Positions 37,161 to 51,029 of a stretch of 64,000 bases of DNA are shown here, piece after piece. The stretch lies in NCBI GenBank assembly GCA_965655095.1, contig OZ296652.1, positions 102,238,001 to 102,302,000 of the forward strand, in the 5' to 3' direction. Within the stretch, counting starts at the first letter, position 1; every line of letters begins with the position of its first letter. Made by a program: the position numbers and the translations under genes. Below the pieces are notes generated by a model. That model searched no databases and was not told where the DNA came from. It was given only the letters and a program-made list of their open reading frames with translations. The stretch is from Haplodiscus bocki. Its lineage: Eukaryota.

Positions 37161-40100
37161 AAATCCCGTAAGGGATAGTGTCATTTCTATTTAAATATTT
37201 TTGATTCTCCTTTCGTCTCTTGTTGAGAGTAATGTAGTCCTTAAGTACTTCATCATTTTTATCAAAATTATAAAATAACTCAATACCATAAAGCTCTTGT
37301 AATGTAACTTGAACAGCCTTGTCTATAATATTGCTGTATCTTAACTGTAAAACTTTTGAAGATGTATTCAATGCTTTTTAGGAAGCTTCTACACTTTCAC
37401 TGAGAGAAATATTAGCTTCTCCGAATTCTCCAATCTCATTCAATTTTATTTCTTCCTAAAAATCATTTAAGTTCTTCTCTACTGAATTTGTTCTACTTTA
37501 TAGCGGTTTTGTTCGCTCTGTTATTGTAATTGAAGAACTTTGAATTCTGTCATAGTTTTATCTTGTAATTTATCCTTTCCAGAAACGTTATAATAAAACT
37601 TAATTCTAACAGATATGTCAAAGCCTAATTATCTCATTTATAAAAAGATTATATGGTCGAAAAAAATCAACAACTAGCTAATTGTGATGAAATTTTTTTT
37701 GATTACGAAGAAAATGTTTATGTTTACTTTTAGGTGTTATTAGTGCTGTTTTTTATCACTTTGTTTGTGTTTTTTAAAAGTTTTAATTAATTTTTTTACT
37801 CTATCTGTTTTATTGAAAATTTAAATTACTTTTTCTTTTTTTTCCAATGTTTCATTTGAAATTTCCGATTTTTTGGCTGAAAAACTTATATTGCTTGTCT
37901 AAATTCAAAGTCTTCATTTATTTCTTCAATTTCTTGGATTACGAAGCGAGTAGCGAATATGGCTGGTAGAGCTAGCTTTCACGTGGTATGAAAGTTTAGT
38001 AGCCTCTTGGCAGCACATCATTTTCCTTTCAGTGTTCTTCCTTTCATAAGGGCATGTTTACTTGATTTCTATGTCGTTTAATTGTGGAATCTGATTAACC
38101 TAATCGCAGTATTTGTTTTTGGGTCAACTATTGATTGTTAGACTCGTTCACCAAAGATAAAGACATCAGATCTAATTTATATTGGCATAATGTCAAATTA
38201 GCATCAAGGTTTCCTGTTTTGCATAATAGTTCTAGCAAAAGTAATATTCATTTAATGAAAAGAAAACTAAGAGGTTTTTATATTATCAACTTTTTTTTGA
38301 AAGGATTATTTTTAATGAAAAATATTCGAATATTTTTCTACATAAAACAAAAAAGATGCTATCATTGACAGAAAGGGAAATATTGTACAGAAGAAACGTT
38401 GATTTTGAATCAGAAATTTGAGGAAAAAAATCTGAAACTGATGAACATAATTTTTTTGAAATTGATATATAACAAACTTATGGAAAAAAGCTTTATTAGA
38501 GGTTTGTTTTGTAGTCTGTGTTAGCAAGTTGTAATTGAGAAACTTATGCTGTGTCACGTTTTATCTAAAAACCATTCTGCAAAAGTTAATTAACTCATTA
38601 GAAAGAACTTTCTTTCTGAAAACTTTGTGAAATTCCTGTTGAGAAAGAGATTTAATAAACCCATACAAGTTTGGTAGACCATTAGGAAATTCCTAAAAAT
38701 CACTTAAACTTTTCCAATAGAGCTTTTGATTTATTCTGCTACTTATTTAAATTTTCAATTCTTAAAAGAATAATTGAAAAACCTTTTTCCAGAAAAAAAC
38801 CTTTGATTGAAAGTAGACAAATTTTTACAGAACGTTCGCACAGGAACCGTCGCTCTACGAGCCACTAAATTTCTCACTACTTCTTTTTTAATGAATTGAT
38901 AAAACGTTAAAGACCATCGTTAACTTTTTTATTTGCACAATATCTTGCTACACACAAATCAACATCTGAATGCAGATATTTGCGACGCGCGGAACAAATT
39001 ATACAAAAATTGTAGTGAGAAACAACATGAAAAACATTTCTTTCGTTTTTCACACATACAAACTTACATGCAAGTTAGTTTTTTTAAAATATTTATGCGT
39101 TTCAAAAATGTCTTGATTGGAACAACAAAGGGGAAAAAGTCGAAAATACCGGTTTTTATTCATTGTATATGCTGTATCAGTTATTAGCTTAGCTCTATTT
39201 GCACCAAAAACAATGAAAGAAATAGATAGCTCTTGTAAACCTAAATCACTTGTTTCATACTGGTCTTTTGCAAAGTTTTGTAATTTGACTGGTTAATACC
39301 ATCTAAAACGTTTAAACAACCCATCTCCCGTCTCATTAGCAGACAGTCATGGTGTATTAACTCGGATTCAGTAGTGGTTCAGGACGGGAAGAGAAAAGTC
39401 AGTGTGCCAGAGAATCTGTACCAAAACGTAATAATTTACGTTCCTCACCAGGAAAGATGAATAGATTAGGCCAGTAAAGTTTTTTAATTGCAAGAAGCGT
39501 GTAAATGTTTTTAGTCCCATGCAATGAAAAAAGGCGGCAACGCTTTGCGTATATACTTCGCAGCAGGCGTGTATAAACATTCATTTTAAAGAGGATGCAA
39601 TTTTTTGTACGTGAAACTATGGCGTTATTCTTTGTTTGTTTTTGGTGTGGTTTTTGTAGGTAAATGTAAAAGAAACCATGTTTTAAATCATAAATTTTTT
39701 ATTGGCTCCAAAAATTTTTTGACTTGGAACTGTAACTGTAATGCGGAAGATTTATCTGCTATTTTTAAACTTGGAAACTTTCTATGATTTTTGACATTCA
39801 CCTCTTGCATGTAACTTACGAAACTCCGCCAAGTTTTGCCAGATTCAATACGAAATTTATGCAATACCAACACAATACACAAAATTTTGGCATGGAAAAC
39901 TTCATAAGAATCATTTGATTGAAATCTTTCAAACTGTGTTTGAGAACATGTGTTATCGTGCAAAAGTTTCATGCGTGTTTCGCCAGAGTTATGATACCTA
40001 ATTTTACGTGTTTTCGACCAAGTTTTGAATTTCTGCCAAAAAGATTTTTGTATTTAAGAGAAATGTCGGAAGCTTTACAATGCTTATTTGCAGTTATATA

Positions 40101-42229
40101 TCTCCTCTATAACTTTCAATTTTCAAACAGTTTCAATAATTGAACTCCTGGGAAGCTTCCGACAAAAAACCTGAACTAAAACTTAAATGTCCATGTATTA
40201 AGACAAGGTGTAACGAAAATAGTCTGTTTTTTGTTGGCAGCTTCTCAGGAGTTCGATTTTCAGAAATCGATTATCGGATGTTTCATTTTGCTTAAGAGTC
40301 AGTCCTGCAGGCAACAGTAGCTGCTTCATTCGCAGAAACTGGATTGATTTTTGCCCACACTTGGAATTTTTCACAAGTTTGTTAGGAGGTTATGTTAAAT
40401 TGTGGAGAAGACTAGCAAACTTTCAAAAACAATCGAGCTTGTGTGGCAAAATATAGGGATATTTCAATCTCCACAACGGAGAAAAACGTCACAGTCAAAC
40501 TCAGTTTTCTCATAAAATGCTTGAATCATTTTTCTGGGAGTTGCATACCGCCAAAGGGACGCACGAGACATGATGTTTCAACCCCGGGAGTGGCAAAGGA
40601 TCCGGTGGATGGTTTTCGCAGTTAAATGACAGTGAACGAAATGCATTTCTAAATGACGAATGTTTTGAAATATTCACGGATTTTTTTTTGGCTTTGGATC
40701 GTTCATGAACTGTTTGAAGCTTTTAATTCACTCTGGTGAAAATTTGTTGACATAAGAAGTTAACTTCTTACATCCGAACGTTTTCCATTCGTAATCCAAG
40801 TAAGACTTTTAGTCTTTTAGTAAGACTCATGGATACACTTTAGTAACGTAGCTATGGTCCCTGGGCCCATACTAAGATATCTTCGTTTTCTTTGTACCCT
40901 ATCCTTGATGTGCGAAGAAAGCACTATATCATACCTGGGTGGTATCCCGGGTCGTTCATTTTGACTTGGACCTAAACAAGAGGGGCAGTAGCGGAAGCAT
41001 AATCTGAGAAAGCTACTTCTCAACATCCCAAGACCCTATGATAGATTTTTGTGCAGTTATAATCCTGTTGTTGGAAGAGAGCATCAATGCAGAAAACATT
41101 TTTCTTATTACTTGTATTCTTACTATAAAAAATATTAGCATACATGTCTAAGTTTAGCCCTGCAATACGAATGAAAACCTTCTTTCCGAACAGTGGCAAA
41201 AGCTTCCATCTGTTACTTGATATATTTGTCTGTCAGAGGCGACAGCCTGCGACAGTGGTACCTTCGGATAAATTGATATTTCTTGAGGACGTTGGTGATT
41301 GCGTTCACCAGTTTTATCCGATCGGGTTCTTCTTCGTCATCATCTTGATGGCCGAGACAAAAGTCAGTGAGGTTGTCTACTGTAGTCGTTCAATCGATGT
41401 TATTTCTTCGGTCAGCGTTCGAGTTGACTTCTGTAACCATGTCTCATGACTAACCGGTTATCAGATGAGATTCAAGACGCCGCATATTGACGCAAGCCGG
41501 AGGTTTCTCGGTTAACAGCAAGTATCAACTCGTTCTTCTTCATTATCAGCGCACATAGTCTCTCAGGTTTTCTGAGACTAGGATCCGTAGCGAACTCGAT
41601 TTGTGCGCTTACCGATTAGTGAGTAACCTCAAAGGACGTAAATTTGGGATAGTGGTGATCCGTAGAAAGAGTTTGACTTTTATTTAGCTCATTTGATTCT
41701 TCTGGACTGTCTTGTATCTGGGAGCTAATCTAGGCGACAGTTTACATCAACTTGTTGAAGGTTGATTTTTGATCTAGTTTTTTGAAACGTGTGTTTAAGA
41801 TGAGTTCAATCCAAAGGCATTGAGAAGTTTTTTTACAGATGACGTTACAGAATAACCGAGTGAAGTTCAGGATAGTACCGTTTTCGAGCGTGTGGTGTTG
41901 CCCAAATATTTGATTGTGTACAGTAGCTTTTGCTAAGTGAAGCTCATTTGCGGATGCAATAAAATCACATTATCTTTTCAGTGAGTTTCACTGGACCTCA
42001 CTTTCGCACCTGTCCTGGCCTCACCAGCCCGGCAAGAATTGTTCAACCAACCATGGTTTCTATAAACTTTTACATTAATTTACAAAATAATGCCACGGTC
42101 TAAATTTTATATGACATGTCTGTTCGAATGATGTTAATATGGCGTCACTGTTGGTATCAGGCAAGTCACCAACTTAGGCTGTTTGTAGTGTCTGTAAATT
42201 GTTCTTTACTTGATTTGAATGAGCTGACT

Positions 42230-42750
42230 TTCAAAGGATCAAGTTTCTTTAGTGCCGCGAGATCACATACGTGAAGGTTTAATAAGCAGCAGTTTGTTGC
42301 ACTCCAAAAGTCGTTCCAGAGCTATGTATTATAAGTGCACTAGAGTGAGGTCTGGTAAAGCTCAATTCCAATGAGTGTTCTGGTACTGCTTTAATCAAAT
42401 GAACTTGAGTGAGGTATGGTACGGATCACTCTAAATAACAATTCGACGGTGTTTAGGTTGATTGCACTGAATTAAGTCTCCTACGGCTCACTTAAAATGA
42501 TTTTCAGATTGATGAAATTCGTTAATTTCTTGATTATCAGTGACTGAGGTGTGGCATTTTACATATATGTTCATGTTATTTATTCGCGTTCATAACAGAG
42601 GGCAAGGAAGTAGAGTTATATAGTGATGTTCATATCGTTTCAATATATTGCTTCATGTGTTATATGTTTTGGGTGATACTAAAAAGTTGTAGGAGCGTCA
42701 TAATAGGACATAATCTAAGGGCTTTTTATAATAATATAGAGTTAGAAATT
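42230..42750 (+). repeat. Diverged repeat with short internal subunits (copy 1; copy 2 at ~46870-47620)
   Basis: GCTCAATTCCAATG, GTGAGGTATG.TACGG.TCACT, GTT.A.TGCACTG and TGATACTAAA.AG.TGTA.GAGC.TC..AATAGGAC occur in the same order in both copies. Confidence 0.6.
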
Positions 42751-44149
42751 CCTTCATATGAGCATGACAACGATAACCCTCTAAAATTTCATCGATGGTA
42801 TGTAAAATACAAAACCAGCATTTGCATATATTTGCAACTTTTCATTTTTGACGTTAATGGCAGAAAATCGAGGGGTGGATTATCGACAGCGAAGATATTA
42901 TACTTGTATTGTATTTGAGCAACGCGCAAGTGCTACAAGTTATATATTTATTTATACCTAACTTTCTTGAATTTAGGTAGCTGGCGTAAGCAAAGCAGGG
43001 GAATTGCATTTTTGAAATTAGGTTACACGTTTCAAACGACTGGAAGAAAAGCCGAGAGGTATACCTATAATATCGAATGCCTTCGTTGGCTTCGATATTA
43101 ATATTGTCAATACCCGAGAAATATTTGTTCCAACTTTTGACACAAACAGCAAGTCTCTCTAATATATCACAGCTAATTCCTCGGTATTAATCCATATTTG
43201 AACGATAAACGAAACATTTTGAACAGGGTTCGAGCGTGGTCTAGTTGGTGGGAATTAATTTGAAAGGGTGGAACTACTGCCCGCTGTTAATGCCCGCTCT
43301 TCCAAATTTTTGACCTGGATTTAGAAGATGTACGAGCTATAACCTTGAAGTAGACAGGTGTTCAAGCAGCCAACTAGCTGAGCCCAGTAGTGCAATAGTG
43401 TCTGGTGCAAAGTATGGTTTTCAAGTTAGGTCAACTCACGGGTAGTAAACCCGGGCACTGCTGGGCTTCGAGTTAGGAATATACAATGCAATTCTGTGTA
43501 TAACTTTCCTTTCGTATTAATTTCTATCCGTGTTCATTATTTGATAAAAACTAAGTTCGTAACGCCTGAAAAGATAAACCGAATCTGTTCAATGTACTTA
43601 TAATACAGAATTACGTCAAGAATGACGAGTTCTAAAAGCATTGTTATGTAATAAGTTAGATAAGAAAGGCCTACACTTGTAACAAACGGTCTCGTTTTCT
43701 GCATTATTCATCGGACACAAATTTACAGTACATTGAGTTGTGCACAACGTGCTCTATAAAACAGCGACGTCTTTTACTGGTCTTTCGTACGTTGAAATTC
43801 CACCAACTTGCATTAGTATTTTTTTTCATTTCACTACACAGACTGTCAGAGACGGGGCGTGTAAAATAGCATCATCGAATCGAACTGCGTGCCAGTTTTT
43901 CTAAGTAAGCATTTTACTACCTCCACATTCCAACTCAATTCCAACTCAATTCCAATGTCAGTCGTGCAGCTTGCTTTCAGAATCCATTAGAGTTCCAGTT
44001 ACAGGGAAACCTTCAACAGTGGGGCCTTTCCATTTCAAATACCACTCCAATAAAATTCTGCAACCGTCGACAGTGTAGGAATTGTTCGTATGCCATTGTT
44101 CGTATGCCAGACACCCTTTGTTGATTAGCCCCAGCGTTTGTCACGATAC

Positions 44150-45800
44150 TTGAAATCCAATACATTCCTCCGATTAAATTCTGCGCTTTCAACTGTGCAG
44201 ACAAGCAGAGCCGCAGCATTTATCTTCATTAATTCCATTTGTGACTATAAGGTAAGTGGCGTCAATTTTTGAATTGAATAAACAGTTTTCCAGCTGGCCC
44301 AAATATATACTGACAACGCATACAAAAATATTACGAATAAAACTGCTTTTGTTTATATTTGTCCTGTGGACTGTTTAAGGGTATTTTTTTTGTGCTATAG
44401 GAGTTTTCAACTTTTGCGGGCGTCCAACTTATCTTCACCGGTAATTTTAGCAAACATCAACATGAAGAAACCAAGATTCGTTATGGTGACCTGCTGGAAC
44501 ATGTAAAACTGAAGGTTACTCGCGGAAACCGAAGGTTCACATTTGCTGCACAACCAATTACCCGCTGCGGTTGGGCTGCTTTGCGGGTATGTTGATCACA
44601 AGTCCAAAAAGCCTGGAACGGCCCAAGTTGGTGCCGCCCATAAAGCTCGAAATATCCAAGGGGTGCGTTATTTCAGTTGAAGAAATTGTCGGTTTTCCAA
44701 CAAAAAAGTGGTATAATCAAGTTTTTTCTGCTGAAAAATATTCGTTTTCTTTTCTGAAATTGACTGGAAATGGAAAATTTAATAGAGGAGGCTTTTTGGT
44801 ACGTTATATTTTGTCTGAGAAAGTTCTGAGTTCAAACATGTTTGGTATATGCTTTTGCGAAACCTTTTTTGGTAAATGTACGGGGGTATTATGAAAAATT
44901 TTGGACCGACGATTTTCCCTTCCTGGACTGTTATCTTTGTATCCTGGCCCTAAATTGAAGGAGTACCCTTGAAACTTCTTCAACCGAACACTTTGAACAC
45001 TCCGTATTTTGACACAGTGAAAAACAGCATGTGTGATAGTTGAGACCTTTTCTTTTGAGAGCGCCGACTAAAAATTAGTTTGCGTTACATGAGCGACGAA
45101 ATTGATCCGTGCCAAAGGTGTTTTGAGCATCTTCACTATGTATGATCCTCCCGGGTTAATCACCACAGAGATAACTTACAACGGGTGCATATGTGTAAGT
45201 AACTCTGCCACAGATAAAACTCGCGCCAAGATATTGACACACAATGCCCTGTAACAAGGGATGCACCTCAGGGATGGATCCCATTGGATGTACCCGCATT
45301 TTCTTAAGTTTCATGTTTTCCACAACGAAAAAGTAAAAACCCAAGATAGTTGCTTCCAAATAGCAAAGGTTTGGCATCGGTACAGAGAGCAACACCAATG
45401 ATCTGATCCAAAAGGACAAAGTAGAGTATTTTTTTCAGCAATTGTTTTCCTAATTGAATCTATCGTCAGAAAAAATGAGACTACTAAAAGTTCCAAAGAT
45501 GCAAAAGAAATGCGTTTTTATTTGTTTTGCAATTGCTACTTAACGGCATCCAATCGAGACTTCATTATCCTTAATTCTCTACTCGCCGGATTGAAAAGGC
45601 TTGATTTTTCTGTAATAATTCTGTAATAATCTCATATTGCATATATTGAGATTTTTACAGAATTCCATAATTTGGACCTAATTGTTGTCGTACCAGTTGT
45701 CGGATGAGCTTCCCAGCATCTCATCTTGTCGGAGAACGTTAGTTTCACTGTTTCCAGCGGTCTTCAAGTCGTTTCTTCTAGCAAAAATGCACGCAGTCTC
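44150..45800 (-). mobile_element. Decayed Penelope-like retroelement (RT plus GIY-YIG endonuclease)
   Basis: SFWIRSLVLLSVP (cf. SFDv.SLFt.vP), GFYFFVVENMKLKKMRVHPMGS (cf. yF.f....y.Q..G.pMGS) and YLCGD (cf. ryvDD) in ORF 45156..45419. Downstream CMRC..(shift)..IYLGQ at ~44295-44325 (cf. C..C...YiG.T). Confidence 0.55.
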
Positions 45801-46379
45801 GCGACTTGCTAGAGGATGAGCTCCGTTGCCAACTTGTTTTGTGCATTTACTGACCGATGAGTATCCTGAATGGAAAAGAGTTCGATTTGTTGCTGATCCA
45901 TTTCTTGTTACGTCTTAACTCAACGGATTCTGAGGTACTATTGTGTGTTTTTCAGTTGTTTTCGACTTCGTTGGACATTACGAGGAAAGACATGGTCTTG
46001 GTGAAAATAACTCAAATATTCTGTTGGTGAGTGGGATAAAATTACAGGCAAAGTGAGATTTTCGGAAATGATAGTAAGGTAGAAATTTACATTGTAGTTT
46101 GTGTCAGAGTGACGTTATTGATCTTAGCAAGAAATAAGACGTTCCGATTGAGTTCAATAGAACTGGAGAAATGAAAACTAACTGCAGACGCAGTTAAATC
46201 ACGCTAACAATTCAGTGCTTTCATTCGACATCATTTTCCCTCCTGTACGTACTTCATCTGCTTAGCACCAATTATTTATGTTTATATCGTACTTTTGATG
46301 CATCGTTTATGTAATTTGCGCCTTGTTACTTAAAATGTGGAAGCAAAATATTTCTCTCAATTGAATCGTTTTTTAACCC

Positions 46380-46745
46380 GATGTTTGCCAATTGCTTTGA
46401 CGCCAACATCGGCCGTTTGGCAGTTTCCTCATGTCTGAATGTGAATCTTTTACACCAAATTGTTGCAAACTTGACGTAGAATGCGACAAGTAGTAAGATT
46501 TTTCAAGAGTTCCAAATGTGGAGTTTTTCGAGGAAAATGAGTTTTTTCAAAGCCGCTAAAGGTGGCAAGTTTGTTATGGAATGCGTATCAAATGATAACA
46601 TTTCCTTAAAATGTCTTTTCTACCCTTCTTACGAGTTTTATGGAAAAAAGACTTTTACAGTTGGAAAAACTAGGGAAAGTTCTGAAAAAGGCATCTTTAC
46701 CAATACGGAAAGTTGCAAAGTATGCCGGTGCTAGCCAGCCGACCT
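46380..46745 (+). repeat. Dispersed repeat family (copy 4)
   Basis: Contains CGTAGAATGCGAC and ends TGCCGGTGCTAGCCAGCCGACC, a diverged version of the family terminus. Confidence 0.5.
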
Positions 46746-46869
46746 ATTATATCCATCAATTCAACCATATTTTTTGAACGCTCGAATGATACTATGATCA
46801 TTTCACCAATTGCATCACCTAAGTACTGAATTCATTTAAGCTGTAGCTGGCGTCAGTTGATAATTGGTT

Positions 46870-47620
46870 ACTTGAATCTAGTGAGCTTTTGTGAGGGTCA
46901 CTCCAAGAAAACTCCTTTGTTTATTAACCCAGTGAAAAGTAACTGATTAAAAATTGAGTGTGTTTAACGCACTTCAACTTGGTTCTCACGCTCATACACT
47001 TAGAATGCATAAAACAGGTCGGTTAGAGCTCACTTTGAAAATGATTTTTTGATGCTGTATACACTGGTTGCTCTAGTTTGAGATGTAGTGCGGCTCAATT
47101 CCAATGCTGGAATTTCAAGATGATATTTCTAAGTGATATTCCGTGAGGTATGCTACGGTTCACTGTAGACAATGAAAAGCATTACCGTCTCGGTTAACTG
47201 CACTGGAGTGATGTTTGTTGCAGCTTACTTCGAATGTTGAATCACTCAGCACTAGAGTTAAATTGTGTAAATAAACTGCACCTAAAGTGAGTTGCGTTAT
47301 GGTTCACTTTAAATAATAGAATCGTTTCTGTGTCGGTTGGCTGCAGTGAAGTGGAATGTGTGTTGTAGCTGACTTCAAATTTATCTTCTAACTGATGAAT
47401 GTTGTTGCGTAGCATGATTTTTGTTGGGTGAGGTGTATGTAGCATCATTTTCCACGTGCATAAAACATTATCGGGTTCAGAAGAAGGAATACGGAGTAAA
47501 TTTTTATTGTGTTTTTAAAAATGCTTCAATATAATGTTTCACATGTTAGAGCTTATTGAATGATACTAAATAGATGTAAGAGCTTCCAAATAGGACTAAA
47601 GCTAGTTGCATATTATCATT
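46870..47620 (+). repeat. Diverged repeat (copy 2 of 42230-42750)
   Basis: Same ordered blocks as copy 1. Confidence 0.55.
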
Positions 47621-50600
47621 TCATAGACGTAGTTTCCCTTCATCCAAGCATGACACTTGGGACAAGAATAACTTACTACGGCCCAGGACTTAGTCTAGAG
47701 AAAATTTGTGGACCCGAGAAGGTTACTGCTGGCTCCAGTGATAACACTTTGGACGTTTTAAGACATCGGTGATTCTTTTGTACCACACCTGTTTTTTACG
47801 AATGCGCTAGGAAGACTATCCCAGTCAACTGCTCTTTTCAAGAATGAAAAAACCTTCGAAATCACCAATCTGTGGCTTGGAGAGAAAAATGAGAGGAAGT
47901 TAAAATTTTTGTCCATTTTCTCTGTCTCTTTCTCTTAATTGACAAATTAAGAGAAAGAGGCAGAGAAAATGCACAGAGTTTGTAAAACAATTGTTAAAAT
48001 CCAGTTAGGTTTTGTTGCAACTCTTTAGCAAAAATTAAAGATTCATGATTGCCAGATTTTCTTTAAGTTTCTAATCAAGTGAAATAGGAAAAATTCAATT
48101 CAGACAATGGAGCACAAAGAGATGAGAGTTTTTGTGAGAAATTTAGATTTTTGGATTTTTGGGATTTACTGATTCAGATGGTTTAGGTTTAGAATATTTA
48201 GTGACAAAAATTAAAAACCGACTTTAGTGCTACTCAAAAAGAATATATATCTATTATTGAAATGTTCGTTAACAGCTAACATTATCTAATGAATATTTCA
48301 GATCAAAAGGAATTATGATAAACCATTATCTGAACTACAGAAACGAGTTCACGTTTCAAAATTATCTGAAAAGACTCAAGAAGAGGAAGAAAAAAGTTCT
48401 TATTCTTGTGAAAAAAATTTATCTCACGACTGGTAAAAGTTTATCAAAGCTCAACATGAAACTAGATATCACAATTTTGTCGGACGTAAATGAAATTTTT
48501 TCCCAACTGTTAAGAGAATTGGTATCAATCCATTTTTTTCTGTTTCCGTACTTGATTATAGTTGGCAGTGATGATTGAAATTAACTGAAATGGGGCTACA
48601 AAATATAGGAAAAAAATGTTTTTTTTTGTGGGTGCTGTAAACCTTGAATCTGTTGAAAACGAAAGTGTTGCACCTAAATATTGAAAAATTTATCTGGATC
48701 AGCTATTTCACAGCCTCTGCTCTATAAAAACTCTTTGATTACAATTTTAGTTTTCAACACTTGTATCTATACCCTGAATAATGCATATGAGGCAGATGTA
48801 GGGTATTTTGTGGTTTTTCTCAAACATACAGATGCCCTAAATAGTCCGTTTTGTCCGCATGGTAGAATTTCATTTAATAGTTCTAATGATTATGTGAATT
48901 GAATTAAAACTGAAGCCCATGTTCCTCTCTGTTTTTGCGAGGGACACTTAAGGAAAACTATGAACTAGATTGCAAAAATATAAAGTTTTTTCGTTAATAA
49001 ACAGGGTATGGATGCTGAAAATGTCCACTATATTAGACGCTTTAAACATAGGTTCTGGTAGGAAAAAGTTGAGTCAGAGTGTTTGCAGAAAAAATCTTCA
49101 GAATTCTAATTTTTGCATTTTTGTCCATGGAGAATTATCACCAGAGATTGTGACTGATTTGTTGAATTAAAGATTTATATTGTGTCCAAATGCAAAGCAA
49201 TGTTAATTATACAGGAACAAAATCATATGACGACTTCAGTGTTTTAATGTTTGAAGAAAATGAAATTACGTTTTTTTTCTTCTTTCTTTTCTCTTTTTTT
49301 AAGGTTTTCTACTTTGGACTTTTCCAAGTTTCACATGTATGAATTATAATTTAAACTCTTGAAACCTCACTGTGGGAAAAGTTACTTTGCAGCCACAATT
49401 TATTGATTGAGTCTTATGCTTCGAGTAATAATAATCCTAACTTAGTTGACACTTCGCCTTAAGTGCAAGAATGAGAAAACTTGTTCGATTTTGGTAACTT
49501 ACACATTCCATAAATTGTATTCTTTGAAAAAGGTATAGATGAGTTCAAACTACAATCATCTTAAAGTATTTGGAAGCATGAATTTTGTGCCTTACGTTCT
49601 AAAGCTTTTATAAGAAAATATAGCTCCAAATTTGAGGGAAAACAAACTGACTCACTAAGCCCACTAGAGAACAAGTTGCTTCTAATTGTTATGCTTGTCT
49701 AAATGCAGGCAGTAAAATTTAAAAAGACATTTATGTATGAAGGAAAATTAGTCAATGTTTCTTTCTACAAAATATCATATGCAAACATTTGATTCTCTTG
49801 ATGATAAAAGTAATTACATAAATAAAACTGAACGTGTGTTTTGTGGATCATCTCTGGTTAAGAAAACAGCTTGAGAAATAACTATAACGAATCAAACGCA
49901 TTATCAATCAGAAATAATGGAAACTATTTTTCCGAAAAAACAATTGCGCATGCAATATAGGCCACTGCGACAACAGCTTCACTGTTCAGAACTGGAGTAT
50001 CGCTTTAACCAATTCTGATGGAAGACGCTATTTTAACATTTTACATCGAAGATTTATAAATACATCTTTTTCTAAAATCATGTCTCGATGTTTCTGATTG
50101 GAGGATATCATCTTTTGTGCTTTGTCTGAGGAAGGAAACAACTCCATAGTATTATTGCCAGTTTTCATCTCCAGTATGAAATGTAATTTTACCACTGTCA
50201 GGATATATTCCCGATCTTCTGTTACATTGAGCACTAACTACAGAAAGTGGGTTAAAACATCATTTTTTAAGTAGGTGTTGAGAATGTGCTCCTTGAAAAC
50301 CAGCTTTTTTGTGTTTTGGGATACTTATGCCAGATCCTAGACTTCAGCCAGGATTTTTATTAATTTACGTCTTCCAGGAAAACAGAAATTTCAACATAAG
50401 TTAGTTCTTGTGAGCTTCGTGCCATGGTTTGTTCTGATGTTATAGTTTCCTGAGTGACTTTTTGGTTTGCAATAAGGAACCTTCAAAAGTTATCTTTCAA
50501 AGTAACTTCAATTACAGACACGCTGACTCGGGTTATAGCGGTAACAAAAAAGTTTTTCTTTCAAAATTAAGGTAAACCCTAGTTTTTAGGACATTTTCTA

Positions 50601-50829
50601 ACAACGTTCAGCAAATGCAAATTTATTCTTCGTACCCTTTCCAACAAAAGAATGTTCCGTTATGCTTTGTTTTTTTTTCAGTCAGTTCTTGTTCACGTTT
50701 CGTCGTTGATGAATCCAAGCCGTACAGAAAATCATCTGCTTGCTTACAGGAGCTGAGTGGTTAATACATTAAAAGTACTACATAAGTAAGATTGACAATT
50801 AGTTTTTTTAGACACGAGCAGTTTTCACT

Positions 50830-51029
50830 NNNNNNNNNNNNNNNNNNNNNNNNNNNNNNNNNNNNNNNNNNNNNNNNNNNNNNNNNNNNNNNNNNNNNNN
50901 NNNNNNNNNNNNNNNNNNNNNNNNNNNNNNNNNNNNNNNNNNNNNNNNNNNNNNNNNNNNNNNNNNNNNNNNNNNNNNNNNNNNNNNNNNNNNNNNNNNN
51001 NNNNNNNNNNNNNNNNNNNNNNNNNNNNN
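50830..51029. other. Assembly gap (200 N)
   Basis: Run of N. The Gypsy pol starts immediately after it, so the 5' LTR, gag and protease are missing. Confidence 0.99.

Larger units (their letters stand above)
28200..38881. mobile_element. Decayed Polinton/Maverick (adintovirus-like) element, left end truncated
   Basis: pPolB and integrase on +, followed by convergent capsid-like genes and a cysteine protease on -. Very AT-rich. Candidate right terminus ...CTCACTACT at 38873-38881 matches the AGTAGT/ACTACT terminal pattern of Polintons. Confidence 0.85.

Noticed and set aside
43927-44110. Short tandem duplications (TTCCAACTCAA; TTGTTCGTATGCCA), also a ~35-bp pair at 1649-1714
   Set aside because: Two or three copies only; ordinary slippage products.
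42230-47620. The two diverged direct repeats as LTRs of one element, or as a CRISPR-like array
   Set aside because: No TG..CA ends, PBS, PPT or TSD; the enclosed relic is Penelope-like. The subunits are degenerate and lack unique regular spacers, and the context is eukaryotic with no cas genes.
47640-50820. Gene or transposase in this AT-rich tract
   Set aside because: Short unconnected ORFs with no motif or splice model I can support.
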